Assembly (NCBI GenBank): GCA_045635765.1
Contig: JAZTWH010000011.1
Location: 4,411 to 68,410, forward strand
Reading direction: 5' to 3'
DNA from: Eubacteriales bacterium
GTDB taxonomy: Bacteria; Bacillota; Clostridia; Oscillospirales; UBA644
DNA length: 64,000 bases
Within the stretch, counting starts at the first letter, position 1. Every line of letters begins with the position of its first letter. The position numbers and the translations under genes are program-made. The notes below the pieces were generated by a model. That model did no database searches, was not told where the DNA came from, and saw nothing but the letters and a program-made list of their open reading frames with translations. Of the stretch, positions 39,142 to 48,111 are shown one piece after another.

Positions 39142-39169
39142 ATTATAGCACATTTCCCCCAATTGTCAA
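39142..39169 (-). promoter_or_regulatory. sigma-A promoter TTGACA-N16-TATAAT for the ABC/exonuclease operon
   Basis: Minus strand has TTGACA 39169-39164 and TATAAT 39147-39142. Confidence 0.6.
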
Positions 39170-39177
39170 GGACTTTT

Positions 39178-39206
39178 AAAAAAAAGCCCCGCGTTGTTCG
39201 CGAGGC
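39178..39206 (-). terminator. intrinsic terminator of mgtE (downstream of repeat array F)
   Basis: Minus strand reads GCCTCGCG-AACAA-CGCGGGGC followed by TTTTTTTT. Confidence 0.75.
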
Positions 39207-39216
39207 CTTCAAGAGA

Positions 39217-39480
39217 GTACAAACCCATTCGCCAAAAGTATGGCGGCGACGGCGGTTATACGAACCGATTTGTCAAAGCACGGTGGCTGCGGTTACGTAA
39301 ATCCATTTACCAAAAGCACGGTGGCTGCGGTTACGCAAACCCATTTACCAAAAGCATGGCGGCTGCGGTTACGTAAATCCATTTACCAAAAGCATGGCGG
39401 CTGCGGTTACGCAAACCGGGTTGCCAAAGTACTTGGCTGCGGCTACGCGAACCGATTCGCCAGAAGGAGGGTGGCGATGG
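39217..39480. repeat. tandem repeat array F (about 38-bp unit x 7) spanning the mgtE stop codon
   Basis: GTTACG(C/T)AAA(C/T)CCATTTACCAAAAGCA(T/C)GG(C/T)GGCTGCG and degenerate variants. The last unit encodes the C-terminal residues and the stop codon of MgtE. Confidence 0.9.
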
Positions 39481-40819
39481 CAAAATAGGCCACCAAGGCC
39501 AGGGCGTCCACGATGGTGGTGATGAAGGGGGCGGCCATGACTGCCGGGTCAAAGCCGCACCGTTTGGCCAAGAGAGGCAGGATGCTGCCCACGGATTTTG
39601 CGATGATTACCGTTACGGCCAGGGAAAGGGCTACGGTGAGGGACACGGCGGCGTCAATTTCCGGGGCGTTCAAAAGGGCTCGGTCTAAGAGCAAAATTTT
39701 CAAAAAACTGACGGCGGCCAGGGTCAGCCCGCTGAGGGCGGCCACTCGGAATTCCTTCCACAGAATCCTCCACACGTCCCGCAGACGGATTTCCTCCAAA
39801 GACAGGCCCCGGATCACTGATACCGATGCCTGGCTTCCGCAATTCCCTCCCGTTCCCATGAGCATGGGGATGAAGGCGGTGAGGATGACGACCGATTGCA
39901 ATTTTGCTTCAAAGCCCGAGATAATAATTTGGGTAAAGGTGGCAGACAGCATCATGATCAAAAGCCAGGGGATCCGGTGCCGCCAGGTTTCCAATACTCC
40001 GGTCCGTAGATACGATTTTTCCGAAGGGGTAATGGCGGCCATTTTTTGGATGTCTTCCGTCGTTTCCTCCCGAAGAACGTCCATGGCGTCGTCTACGGTG
40101 ACGATCCCCACCAGCCGTTCCTCCCGGTCCACCACGGGCAAGGCGAGAAGGTTGTATTTTTCAAAGAGATTGACGGCAATCTCCCGGTCGGTGTCGGTGG
40201 TTACGTAGAAGGGATTGACGGTCATCAGGTCGGAAACCAACGCCGATTGGTCGGATAACAGCAAATCCTTTGCCGAGACCACGCCCACCAGCTTCCGGGT
40301 CGGGTCGGTGACGTAACAGGTATAGACCGTTTCTTTGTCCACCCCCGTGCGGCGGATCCGCAAAAAGGCGTCCGCCACGGTCATGCGGCCGTCCAGGGAT
40401 ACGTATTCCACCGTCATAATGCTCCCGGCACTGTCGTCGGCGTAATTCAAAATCTGATTGATTTGCGTCCGGGTGCGGGAATCGGTGACCTTCAGAATCC
40501 GACGGACCACGTTGGCGGGCATTTCTTCGATTAGGTCCACCGTATCGTCCAAATACAGCTCCTCAAGAATGGAGCGTAATTCCCCGTCGCTGTAGGACCG
40601 AATGAGGAATTCCTGTAATTCCGGCTCCATTTCCACAAAAACCTCCGCCGCCGTTTCTTTCAACAGAAGGCGGAACAGGGCCGGAATGACCTTTCGGTGG
40701 CCCGATTGGCTGAGATCCTGCAAAATATCCGCAAAATCCCGGGGTGCAACGTCCTTCAGCATCCCTTTCAGTTTGTCGTAGGCTTTTACCTGAAAAAGCC
40801 CGAGAATCATTTCTTTCAC
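39443..40819 (-). CDS. mgtE: magnesium transporter MgtE
   Basis: MgtE N-domain, CBS pair (VVDREERLVGIVTVDD) and a 5-TM C-terminal domain with GNCGSQ and PFITTIVD motifs. Start proposed at GTG 40819, 7 nt after GGAGG; ATG 40810 is the alternative. The ORF extends to 40885. Confidence 0.9.
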   Translation of the reverse strand: MKEMILGLFQVKAYDKLKGMLKDVAPRDFADILQDLSQSGHRKVIPALFRLLLKETAAEVFVEMEPELQEFLIRSYSDGELRSILEELYLDDTVDLIEEMPANVVRRILKVTDSRTRTQINQILNYADDSAGSIMTVEYVSLDGRMTVADAFLRIRRTGVDKETVYTCYVTDPTRKLVGVVSAKDLLLSDQSALVSDLMTVNPFYVTTDTDREIAVNLFEKYNLLALPVVDREERLVGIVTVDDAMDVLREETTEDIQKMAAITPSEKSYLRTGVLETWRHRIPWLLIMMLSATFTQIIISGFEAKLQSVVILTAFIPMLMGTGGNCGSQASVSVIRGLSLEEIRLRDVWRILWKEFRVAALSGLTLAAVSFLKILLLDRALLNAPEIDAAVSLTVALSLAVTVIIAKSVGSILPLLAKRCGFDPAVMAAPFITTIVDALALVAYFAIATLLLANRFA

Positions 40820-40995
40820 ATTGTTTCCTCCGTTTCTTTTTTCTTCGGAGGACAGAAGCTTCCCCTTAGGTCGTCGCCAAAGCAAAACCGAAGTGATAGG
40901 TCACCTTCAGAATCTTCCATCGGGGAGTTCCGTTCCTTCGAGGGATTATGTCCACTGCGGTTTCACCTTCCTTTATGTAGATTTTTTGGGGGGTG
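40820..40995 (-). promoter_or_regulatory. long mgtE 5' leader, possible divergent M-box (Mg2+ riboswitch)
   Basis: About 175-nt leader. Partial matches to M-box elements as I recall them from B. subtilis ykoK: GGUGAAAC... (compare GGUGAGGC), UGAAGGUGACC (compare UAAGGUGAUU), and UGCUUUGGCGACGA (compare GUGCUAAAGCUCUACGA). The match is incomplete and no covariance model was run. Confidence 0.35.
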
Positions 40996-41001
40996 TATCC
41001 C

Positions 41002-41030
41002 ATTATACACCCAAAATAAGAATCTGTCAA
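41002..41030 (-). promoter_or_regulatory. perfect sigma-A promoter TTGACA-N17-TATAAT for mgtE
   Basis: Minus strand has TTGACA 41030-41025 and TATAAT 41007-41002. The inverted repeat GGGTGTAT-N6-ATACACCC overlaps the -10 box. Confidence 0.75.
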
Positions 41031-41082
41031 TCCTTATCATAACCCCGGCCAAAAAAAATATTTCACATTTTTGTGAACTCTA

Positions 41083-41111
41083 TTGACAAGCCCCCGCTTT
41101 TGTTGTATAAT
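41083..41111 (+). promoter_or_regulatory. perfect sigma-A promoter TTGACA-N17-TATAAT for tRNA-Val
   Basis: TTGACA 41083-41088 and TATAAT 41106-41111, 15 nt upstream of the tRNA 5' end. Confidence 0.75.
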
Positions 41112-41125
41112 ATACAAGCAAATTC

Positions 41126-41201
41126 GGACGGTTAGCTCAGCTGGTAGAGCATCTGCTTGACGTGCAGAGGGTCAGGGATTCGAGTTCCTTACCGTCCACC
41201 A
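41126..41201 (+). tRNA. tRNA-Val (anticodon GAC), CCA encoded
   Basis: Manual cloverleaf: acceptor GGACGGT/ACCGTCC, D arm GCTC-AGCTGGTA-GAGC, anticodon arm TCTGC-TTGACGT-GCAGA, T arm AGGGA-TTCGAGT-TCCTT, discriminator A plus CCA. Confidence 0.9.
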
Positions 41202-41203
41202 CA

Positions 41204-41243
41204 AGCACTCTTTGATCCTTCGGGGGAAAAGAGTGCTTTTTTT
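41204..41243 (+). terminator. intrinsic terminator after tRNA-Val
   Basis: AGCACTCTTT...AAAGAGTGCT followed by TTTTTT. A second hairpin plus T-run follows at 41256-41294 (CACCTGAT...ATCAGGTG CTTTTTT). Confidence 0.8.
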
Positions 41244-41319
41244 CATAACGTAAGACACCTGATCTGTCCCCTCGACAAATCAGGTGCTTTTTTATTTTCA
41301 TTTAAAGTAATAAGGGGGC

Positions 41320-42537
41320 TTATTTCAATTTAAAGTGATAGGGAAGGCCGGCTCGGCGGGGGGCGTCGATTTCTCCCACGATCAGAGGTGCCAATTCCCT
41401 CAGAAGTCCGTCTGTGACGTTGCTGCCGTCGGGGGTGATTTTGTCCGGAGGGACGAGTTTGGTCTTGTTGGCAGCTTCTTGGATCGGGACGGAGCCGAAT
41501 CCCACGGCGTAAAGAGCTCCCGGCCTGCGGACGTAGGTGATCATGATCCCGGTTTTTCCTTCGTAGGCCGCCTTGACCGCCGCCCGGCCCAGGGAGACCG
41601 ATTCGGAAATATCGGTGGCGGAAAGGCAGTGGGACGCACACCGCTGGGGGATATTCAGCTCTACGGAACGGGATTTGCACCCAATCTTGTCCTTGACCAG
41701 TTGGCTGAGTCTGCGGGCCGCCCCCGAAAGGGAGGTATGGCCAAAGGCGTCCTTTTTGCCCGACGGGTCGGCCCCGTACCGAGTTCCGTCGGCGGTATGG
41801 ATCCCTTCCGAAACGGCCACCACCAAATTGGTCTTATCCTTTAGCTTTCTGCGGACGTCCTGCAAAAAACGGTCGCTGTCAAAATCGATTTCGGGCAGAT
41901 AGATCAGATCGGCACAATCTTCTTTAAACAGCCGGGGAATTCCGGCCGCGGCCGTAAGCCAGCCCGCATCCCGTCCCATGATCTCAACGATGGTGACGGA
42001 GGGCTCGGGGTAAACGGCACAGTCGCGGGCAATTTCCTGGACGGTGGTAGCCTCTTATTTTGCCGCCGATCCGAAGCCCGGAGTGTGATCCGTAGCGGGA
42101 AGGTCGTTGTCGATGGTCTTGGGCACGCCGATAATGATACGATGGTGTCCCAGGCGGGCGGCCTTCCGGGACAGCTTTTCCACCGTATCCATGGAATCGT
42201 TTCCGCCGATGTAGAAAAATGCTCCGATTCCGTACTTCTCAAAGGTGGCAAAAACGGTATCGTAAACCGGATCGGCAAGATTTTGGGGCAATTTCATCCG
42301 GCAGGAGCCCAAGGCTGCCGCGGGGGTCGTTTCCAGGGCGTAGAACTGGGAATCCGTGGAGATTTTTTCGTTGAGGCAGATGAAATTTTCTTCCAAAACC
42401 CCTTTTATTCCGTTCCGTGCACCGTAACACACGGCGTCGGGAAACAGTTCCCGACAGCCTTTCAAAATTCCGGAAAGAGTGGCGTTGATGGCTACGGTGG
42501 GACCACCCGACTGCCCCACCAAAATATTTTTTTTCAC
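41320..42537 (-). pseudogene. pfk: 6-phosphofructokinase interrupted by a single in-frame TAA (42055-42057)
   Basis: ORFs 42055-42537 (MKKNILVGQSGGPTVAINA...IGGNDSMDT...PKTIDNDL..TDHTPGFGSAAK*) and 41320-41979 (MGRDAGWLTAAA...) are in the same frame. The 25 codons between them read EATTVQEIARDCAVYPEPSVTIVEI. PFKs normally have Tyr at the stop position (GSAAKY). Confidence 0.8.
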
Positions 42538-42802
42538 GTTTTGGGTCCCTCCAATCGTTCACGGTTTCGCCCCGGCGTTCTTGCCGGGCATAACCTCAAT
42601 ATCGGTAGTTTACCCAAAATTCCGCCGACTTTCACTTTTTAGCAAAAAAGGTTTCATTCGGCGTTGGCTTTGACGGTTTCCAAAGTTTTTTGAAACAAAA
42701 TGGGGGCCGGCTAAAAAGGCCGACCCTTGGTTTTTGTGTATTTTACGTTGCGGTTTTTCGGTGTTCTTCGTCTTTTACGAAAGACGGTGCCGTTGGGTTT
42801 TC

Positions 42803-43828
42803 TTACAAAAACCGCTTTTCCGGAAAGTTGACCTTGGCGTCCCGAAGGGAATCAATGCGTTCCAAGGCGATGCCCGTGCCCTTGACGACACAGCAGACGG
42901 CGTCCTCCTCCGTGTGGACGGGGATGCCGATACGGGCGGAGATCATTTGGTCGAAGCCGTAGATCAATCCCCCGCCGCCGGTAAGGCTGATGCCGCTCTC
43001 GGCGATATCGGAAATCAACTCCGGTGCGGTTTTGGCCAGTACGTCGTGAACGGCTTCCACAATGCTCTTGGCAGGCTCCAGCAGGGCGGACATGACCTCG
43101 GGAGAAGAGATGGAGATCTCTTTGGGAAGGCCGGTGGTGACACAGCGTCCCCGGACGGTCATGGTCAAGGTCTCCGGTCTGGGGGAGAGGCAACCGATTT
43201 TGATTTTAATATCCTCCGCCGTCCGCTGGCCGATGATGACGTTGTGTTCTTTTCGTACATAGCGAACGATGGCATCGTCGAATTTATCTCCGCCGCATTT
43301 GACCGATTCGGAGACGACCACGTCGTTCAGAGAGATGACCGCCACGTCCGCGGTTCCTCCTCCGATGTCGATCACCATTACGCCCCGGGGCTTGGAAATA
43401 TCAATTCCTGCTCCGAGGGCCGCGGCCATAGGCTCCTCGATCAGCTCCACCCACCGGGCTCCGGCGTAGCGGGTGGCATCCCGGACGGCCCGTTCTTCTA
43501 CCTCGTTGATCCGAGAGGGAACGCAGACGATGACGTTGGGCTTGATCAGGGAACGGCCGTTGGCTTTGCGAATAAAATATTTCAGCATTTTTTCAGTGGT
43601 TTCGTAATCGGAAATGACTCCGTCCTGCAAGGGGCGGAGGGTCACGATATTGTCGGGGGTGCGGCCCAGCATATCCAATGCTTCCTGCCCCACCTTCAGG
43701 ACCCGGCCCGTATCCCGGTCCAAAGAGACCACCGAGGGCTCCCGCAAAACGATTCCTTTCCCTTTTACGTAAATGAGAACCGTGGCGGTCCCCAGGTCAA
43801 TGCCAATGTCTTTCGCAAAAAATCCCAT
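42803..43828 (-). CDS. mreB: rod shape-determining protein MreB (actin homologue)
   Basis: DIGIDLGTATVLIYVKGKGIVLREPSVV, VIDIGGGTADVAVISL, and typical length (341 aa). Confidence 0.95.
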   Translation of the reverse strand: MGFFAKDIGIDLGTATVLIYVKGKGIVLREPSVVSLDRDTGRVLKVGQEALDMLGRTPDNIVTLRPLQDGVISDYETTEKMLKYFIRKANGRSLIKPNVIVCVPSRINEVEERAVRDATRYAGARWVELIEEPMAAALGAGIDISKPRGVMVIDIGGGTADVAVISLNDVVVSESVKCGGDKFDDAIVRYVRKEHNVIIGQRTAEDIKIKIGCLSPRPETLTMTVRGRCVTTGLPKEISISSPEVMSALLEPAKSIVEAVHDVLAKTAPELISDIAESGISLTGGGGLIYGFDQMISARIGIPVHTEEDAVCCVVKGTGIALERIDSLRDAKVNFPEKRFL

Positions 43829-43884
43829 ATGTTCCCTACTCCTAAAAAGCCTCGCGGCAGGCTGTGACGTTTATTTCGCTTTCC

Positions 43885-43913
43885 ATTATATAATATTTCT
43901 TCCCGCTTGTCAA
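43885..43913 (-). promoter_or_regulatory. perfect sigma-A promoter TTGACA-N17-TATAAT for mreB
   Basis: Minus strand has TTGACA 43913-43908 and TATAAT 43890-43885. Confidence 0.7.
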
Positions 43914-43998
43914 GACCGACGGTCGTTTTTTCTTGAAGAAACAAAGGAGTATGAAATCCAAACGTCTCTCTCGGGGGGCGGTCCTGAGGGGGACGTTT

Positions 43999-44107
43999 GG
44001 CCGGGCTTTTATCGGCGGGGGAGTATTGGCGGGGCTTTAGCGGGCTTTTATCGGCGTGTTTTTATTGGCGGGGCTTTTATTGGCTTGTTTTTATTGGCGG
44101 GAGCGGT
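43999..44107. repeat. tandem repeat array G (about 35-39-bp unit x 3) spanning the stop codon of the GPH transporter
   Basis: GGCTTTTATCGGCG..., TTTTTATTGGCGGGG repeated. The stop codon (44091-44093) lies in the last unit. Confidence 0.75.
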
Positions 44108-45506
44108 TGTGTTTTTCTTTTAGAGCGGCCACGTTGGCGTCGACCTGGTTTTTGTGCAGGGGATACCAAAACCAAAGGACCAGGGCCAGGGAGGCAAATC
44201 CCAGGGCGGGGAGGAGGGTGGAAATATTAAAAATTCCTTGCAGGACCGAGGGGGATTGGGGCTGGCCGGAGGCCGCGGCGGATTCGCTATAGCCAATGCC
44301 GGTCAAAAGCCAGCCCGAAACTCCCGCCGCCAGGGCTTGCCCCATTTTTCGGGCAAAGGAATAGAGGGAGTATACGGCCCCATCCTCCCGGATTCCGTGT
44401 TTCAGCTCCGAATCGTCGATAACGTCGGTAATCAGGGCCCAGGATACCATGGAAAAGATGCCCAGCCCCAGCCAACAGAGGCCTTGAAGCCCGATATATA
44501 CCCATACGTTTTGGGGCCGGAGAAAATACAGCACCAGGCAAACTCCGGCGGCAAACAGATTGGACACCGCTGAAATTTCCGCTTTCCCAAAACGGGTGGC
44601 CAAAGGTTTTGCCGTAAGGGCGGCAAGGACCATCCCGACCATCATCACGACGGTGGAGGCCGATTGGGCCGAGGCGTTGTTGTAATAGTCGGGAAAGATA
44701 TAGGACGCCATATTTTGCATGGTCAACTGTGCCAGCAGCATCACCACCGAGGCGGCAATGATGGAAATCAGGGGTCGGCTTTTTACGGCGTTGGAGAGCA
44801 TTTTCCCAAGGGAACGGGTTTGAAGTCTATCGGGGGCAGGCTCCGGCAAGACCCGTTCCGTGACCAAAAAATAACACAAAAGGTAGCACAGTACGGAAAA
44901 CACCGAAAAAATTCCGGCGATGACCGTGACTCTGCTTCCCTTCAGTACCGTTTGTTCCCCCACTTTTTCGTAGGCAAACAGGGGGATTCCCACCCCAACG
45001 ATCAGTCCGGCCAGGGTTCCTCCCATGGTGCGGTAGGTGGAAAGGGATTGCCGGTCCCCCGGATCGGCGGAAATGGCGGAAGCCATAGAGCCGTAGGGGA
45101 TGTTGATAAAGGTGTAAAAGACGGAGCCCCAAAGAATGTAGGTGACGAATAACCAAGCCAGCTTGATCCCCATGGGGGCGGAAGCCAGGGACGATTGGTA
45201 GATGAGAAAGGACGACAGGGCCACGGGACCGCAGACCCGGAGGATCCAGGGCTTAAATTTCCCAGCCGGGGTGATTTTGCTTCTGTCGCAGATCCGCCCC
45301 ATGGTCACGTCGGTGAAGGCGTCCAGAAACCGGGCGGCCATCATCACCGTTCCCACCGCGGCCCCCGGGATCCCGATGACGTCGGTGTAAAATTTCAGAA
45401 GGAGCATGGTGGATAATATGAAGGTGAAATCATTGCCGAAATCCCCGAACAAATATCCCAGCTTATCCCGAAATCCGAAGGGACGCACACCCTTGACCCG
45501 TTTCAT
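44091..45506 (-). CDS. glycoside-pentoside-hexuronide (GPH):cation symporter family transporter
   Basis: N-terminal KLGYLFGDFGNDFTF motif and 12-TM profile typical of MelB/UidB-type GPH carriers. Confidence 0.85.
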   Translation of the reverse strand: MKRVKGVRPFGFRDKLGYLFGDFGNDFTFILSTMLLLKFYTDVIGIPGAAVGTVMMAARFLDAFTDVTMGRICDRSKITPAGKFKPWILRVCGPVALSSFLIYQSSLASAPMGIKLAWLFVTYILWGSVFYTFINIPYGSMASAISADPGDRQSLSTYRTMGGTLAGLIVGVGIPLFAYEKVGEQTVLKGSRVTVIAGIFSVFSVLCYLLCYFLVTERVLPEPAPDRLQTRSLGKMLSNAVKSRPLISIIAASVVMLLAQLTMQNMASYIFPDYYNNASAQSASTVVMMVGMVLAALTAKPLATRFGKAEISAVSNLFAAGVCLVLYFLRPQNVWVYIGLQGLCWLGLGIFSMVSWALITDVIDDSELKHGIREDGAVYSLYSFARKMGQALAAGVSGWLLTGIGYSESAAASGQPQSPSVLQGIFNISTLLPALGFASLALVLWFWYPLHKNQVDANVAALKEKHNRSRQ

Positions 45507-45665
45507 TGTACCAATCCTCCCGGCAGTATTTGTCGTACGATTTTCCCGTGCAGTTTTTTTGCAGATTTATTGCATCCTTCTCGAAGGTTCCTACATCCTT
45601 CTTGAAGGTTCTTTGGGTAGTGTTCCTCAAAAACCGAAAGATATGACAAAAAAGGCCCCGGAAAT

Positions 45666-45775
45666 TCTTTTCCGGGGCCTTTGGGTTTCGGTTATTTCTT
45701 TTCCAGGGCCTTTGGGGTTCGGTTATTTCTTTTCCAGGGCCTTTGGGGTTCGGTTATTTCTTTTTCGGTTTTTTG
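45666..45775. repeat. tandem repeat array H (31-bp unit x 3.5) spanning the GH2 stop codon
   Basis: TTCTTTTCC(G/A)GGGCCTTTGGG(G/T)TTCGGTTAT x 3 plus a partial copy. The partial copy and the end of the third full unit encode KKPKKK-stop of the GH2 gene. Confidence 0.9.
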
Positions 45776-48006
45776 ATGCGGTTGAGCTGGCGGTTCATCT
45801 TCAGTAATTCTTCTTTGGTGAATTTGATGTTCATGGCACCCACCAGAGAGGTGAGGCGGATGACCGTAAATCCGCCCATCATCTTCATCATGCCTTCGTT
45901 CATCATGGACATATTGTTTCCGCCGCCCTTCTTGCTTCCCAGGCCCTTCATGAGCTTGGTGGCCAGTCGGGTGAACCACAGCTTGCCCCGGAAGGTTGCC
46001 ATAATGTCCTCCAAGGTATCGTTCAGGGAGAAGCGTCCTTCGGGCATGGTGATGTCGAACCAGTTGAGGACGGCACCCTTTTCCTTCAGAACGTAGTCGG
46101 GGTTCATTTCCACCACCTTGCGGATGGTGCTTTCGTCGGTGCAGTCCCCGGCCACGGCCTTCAGGGTGGATTCCCCTTGGTTTTTCACCCGGAAGTAGAA
46201 GAAATGGTTGTCGCTGGTCTGCTTGCCGACGCTTTCCCCGTTGACGAACAGTTCTACCTCCGGCAGGTTGGAATAGACGGTGATCTTTGTCTCCTCTTCC
46301 ACCCGGTCGATATACCGTTTCCCGCACAGGTGGACGAAGGGATCTTCCGAGAGCCAGGCCTTATAGGCGTAGAAGGCGTCTTTTTTGTACTTCCGGTCCA
46401 TGGTCACAAGTCCCTTGTGATTCTGTCCGTTTTCTCCCCCTTCCGCCCGGGCGTCGGCCCCAAAGTCGAACATATTCCAGACGTGGGTGGCCCAGAGATA
46501 GGGTCTGGTGTAGAGCTGTTTGATCAGTTCTTCGTGATAATAGGCCTGATATTCTTCCGTATAGTCGCCCTGACGGGGGTCGGAAGTGTGCCAGTTCAGG
46601 GCTTCACAGCCGTATTCGCTGACCCCAATGGGCTTTTGGGGGAATTTGGCGTGGAATTCGTCGAACCAGGGACCGTTCATGTCCGTGTTCCCGCCATACC
46701 AGCCGAAATAGTGGTTGTAGGAAACCACGTCGGGAATCTGAACGTATTCCTCGTCCATGTCGCACATAGAAACGCAGGCCATGGTGGTCAGACGGGTGTG
46801 GTCCATTTCGTGGACCAGATCGTTGAGGATGTGATGGTTTTCCAAAAGGTCCGGGTCCTTGGCTCCCGCCATGGTGATTTCGTTGGAAAGACCCCAAACC
46901 ACGATGGAGGCATGGTTGTAGTTTTGGGTAACCAGCTCCTTCATCTGAGAGATGGTATTTTCTCTGCCCGCAGCCATGTGGTTGGAAATATACGGAATTT
47001 CTGCCCAAACAACCAAGCCCGTTTCGTCACACAGATCGTAAAAATACTGATCGTGTTGATAATGGGCAAGGCGGATGGTGGTGGCTCCCACTTCCAGGAT
47101 CAGAGCAATATCCTCCTCGTGATGCTCCGGCAGAAGGGCGTTGCCCACGCCCCAGCGATCCTGATGGCGGGAAACCCCTCGGAGGGGATATTCTTCTCCG
47201 TTGAGGATAAAGCCCCGGTCGGGGTCAATTTCAAAGTGACGGCATCCGAACCGGGCACAAACGGCGTCCAGTTCCTCCTCGCCCCGAAGAAGGACCGCCT
47301 TTGCGGTGTACAGATAGGGGTCCTTGCGTCCGTGCCAAAGATGGGCGTCGGACAGAAGGAAGGAGGCGTTGGTTTCGGCGGAAACCGATTCTGCCACCAC
47401 GGTGCCCTCCCGGTCGGTCAGGGTATAGGCGATTTTGTCCCCGTCCTTCCGATCGGTAACGTAGACCTTCACGTCTACCTTGCAGTCGGCCCCCTCCATC
47501 ACCGGGGTGACGGCAATGCCGGGCCCCCCGTAATAATCCAGATCAAAGTGGGTCTTGCCCACGGCGATCAGGTTCACGTCCCGATACAGCCCGCCGTAGA
47601 AGGTGAAGTCCGCCACCTGGGGATACACCCGATCGTTGGGAGCGTTGTCCACCAGAACCGAAAGAATATTTTCCTCGGCGATCTCCTCCGTCAGATTGAC
47701 ACGCCAGGTGGAATACCCGCCGTCGTGCCGGGCCAGATGCTTTCCGTTCAGATAAACGTCGGCAGAGGAGTTTGCACCCTTTAACTCCAAATAAAATTCT
47801 TCGCCCCGGGGAAGGTCTGCTTTTTTAAAGGATTTTACGTAGCAACAGGTTCCCCGGAAGTAGTCGTTGCCCCCGTCGGTGCCGTCCACGGCGTTCCAGG
47901 TGTGGGGAAGACTGACCCTTTCCCATTGGGGATCCACAGACTCCGGAGTCCGGGCAATATCTTTGCCGAAGGACCAATCGGCGTTAAAATTTAAAATCGT
48001 TCTCAT
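45754..48006 (-). CDS. glycoside hydrolase family 2 enzyme, probable beta-glucuronidase
   Basis: GH2 motifs NADWSF, RGVSRHQD, NHASIVVWGLSNE (acid/base) and GVSEYG (nucleophile). VWNMFDF...GQNHKG contains the N-x-K motif that distinguishes GUS from beta-galactosidases (E. coli WNFADF...GGNKKG). The hexuronate catabolic context supports the call. Confidence 0.75.
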   Translation of the reverse strand: MRTILNFNADWSFGKDIARTPESVDPQWERVSLPHTWNAVDGTDGGNDYFRGTCCYVKSFKKADLPRGEEFYLELKGANSSADVYLNGKHLARHDGGYSTWRVNLTEEIAEENILSVLVDNAPNDRVYPQVADFTFYGGLYRDVNLIAVGKTHFDLDYYGGPGIAVTPVMEGADCKVDVKVYVTDRKDGDKIAYTLTDREGTVVAESVSAETNASFLLSDAHLWHGRKDPYLYTAKAVLLRGEEELDAVCARFGCRHFEIDPDRGFILNGEEYPLRGVSRHQDRWGVGNALLPEHHEEDIALILEVGATTIRLAHYQHDQYFYDLCDETGLVVWAEIPYISNHMAAGRENTISQMKELVTQNYNHASIVVWGLSNEITMAGAKDPDLLENHHILNDLVHEMDHTRLTTMACVSMCDMDEEYVQIPDVVSYNHYFGWYGGNTDMNGPWFDEFHAKFPQKPIGVSEYGCEALNWHTSDPRQGDYTEEYQAYYHEELIKQLYTRPYLWATHVWNMFDFGADARAEGGENGQNHKGLVTMDRKYKKDAFYAYKAWLSEDPFVHLCGKRYIDRVEEETKITVYSNLPEVELFVNGESVGKQTSDNHFFYFRVKNQGESTLKAVAGDCTDESTIRKVVEMNPDYVLKEKGAVLNWFDITMPEGRFSLNDTLEDIMATFRGKLWFTRLATKLMKGLGSKKGGGNNMSMMNEGMMKMMGGFTVIRLTSLVGAMNIKFTKEELLKMNRQLNRIKKPKKK

Positions 48007-48111
48007 TGGCTTACCCTTTCTTGTTCTGATAGTATGAGCAAAAACCTTTTTTAAAATACGGCGTCCGACAAATGCAACTCCGTCGGATGCCGAAATTGTA
48101 CCGTAGAAATC

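Noticed and set aside
42055-42057. Stop-codon reassignment or programmed recoding as the explanation for the in-frame TAA in pfk.
   Set aside because: TAA terminates many well-supported genes in this window (for example the methyltransferase, eda and the GH2 gene). No other gene shows internal TAA codons. A nonsense mutation or a base-call error is more parsimonious; read-through cannot be excluded without data.
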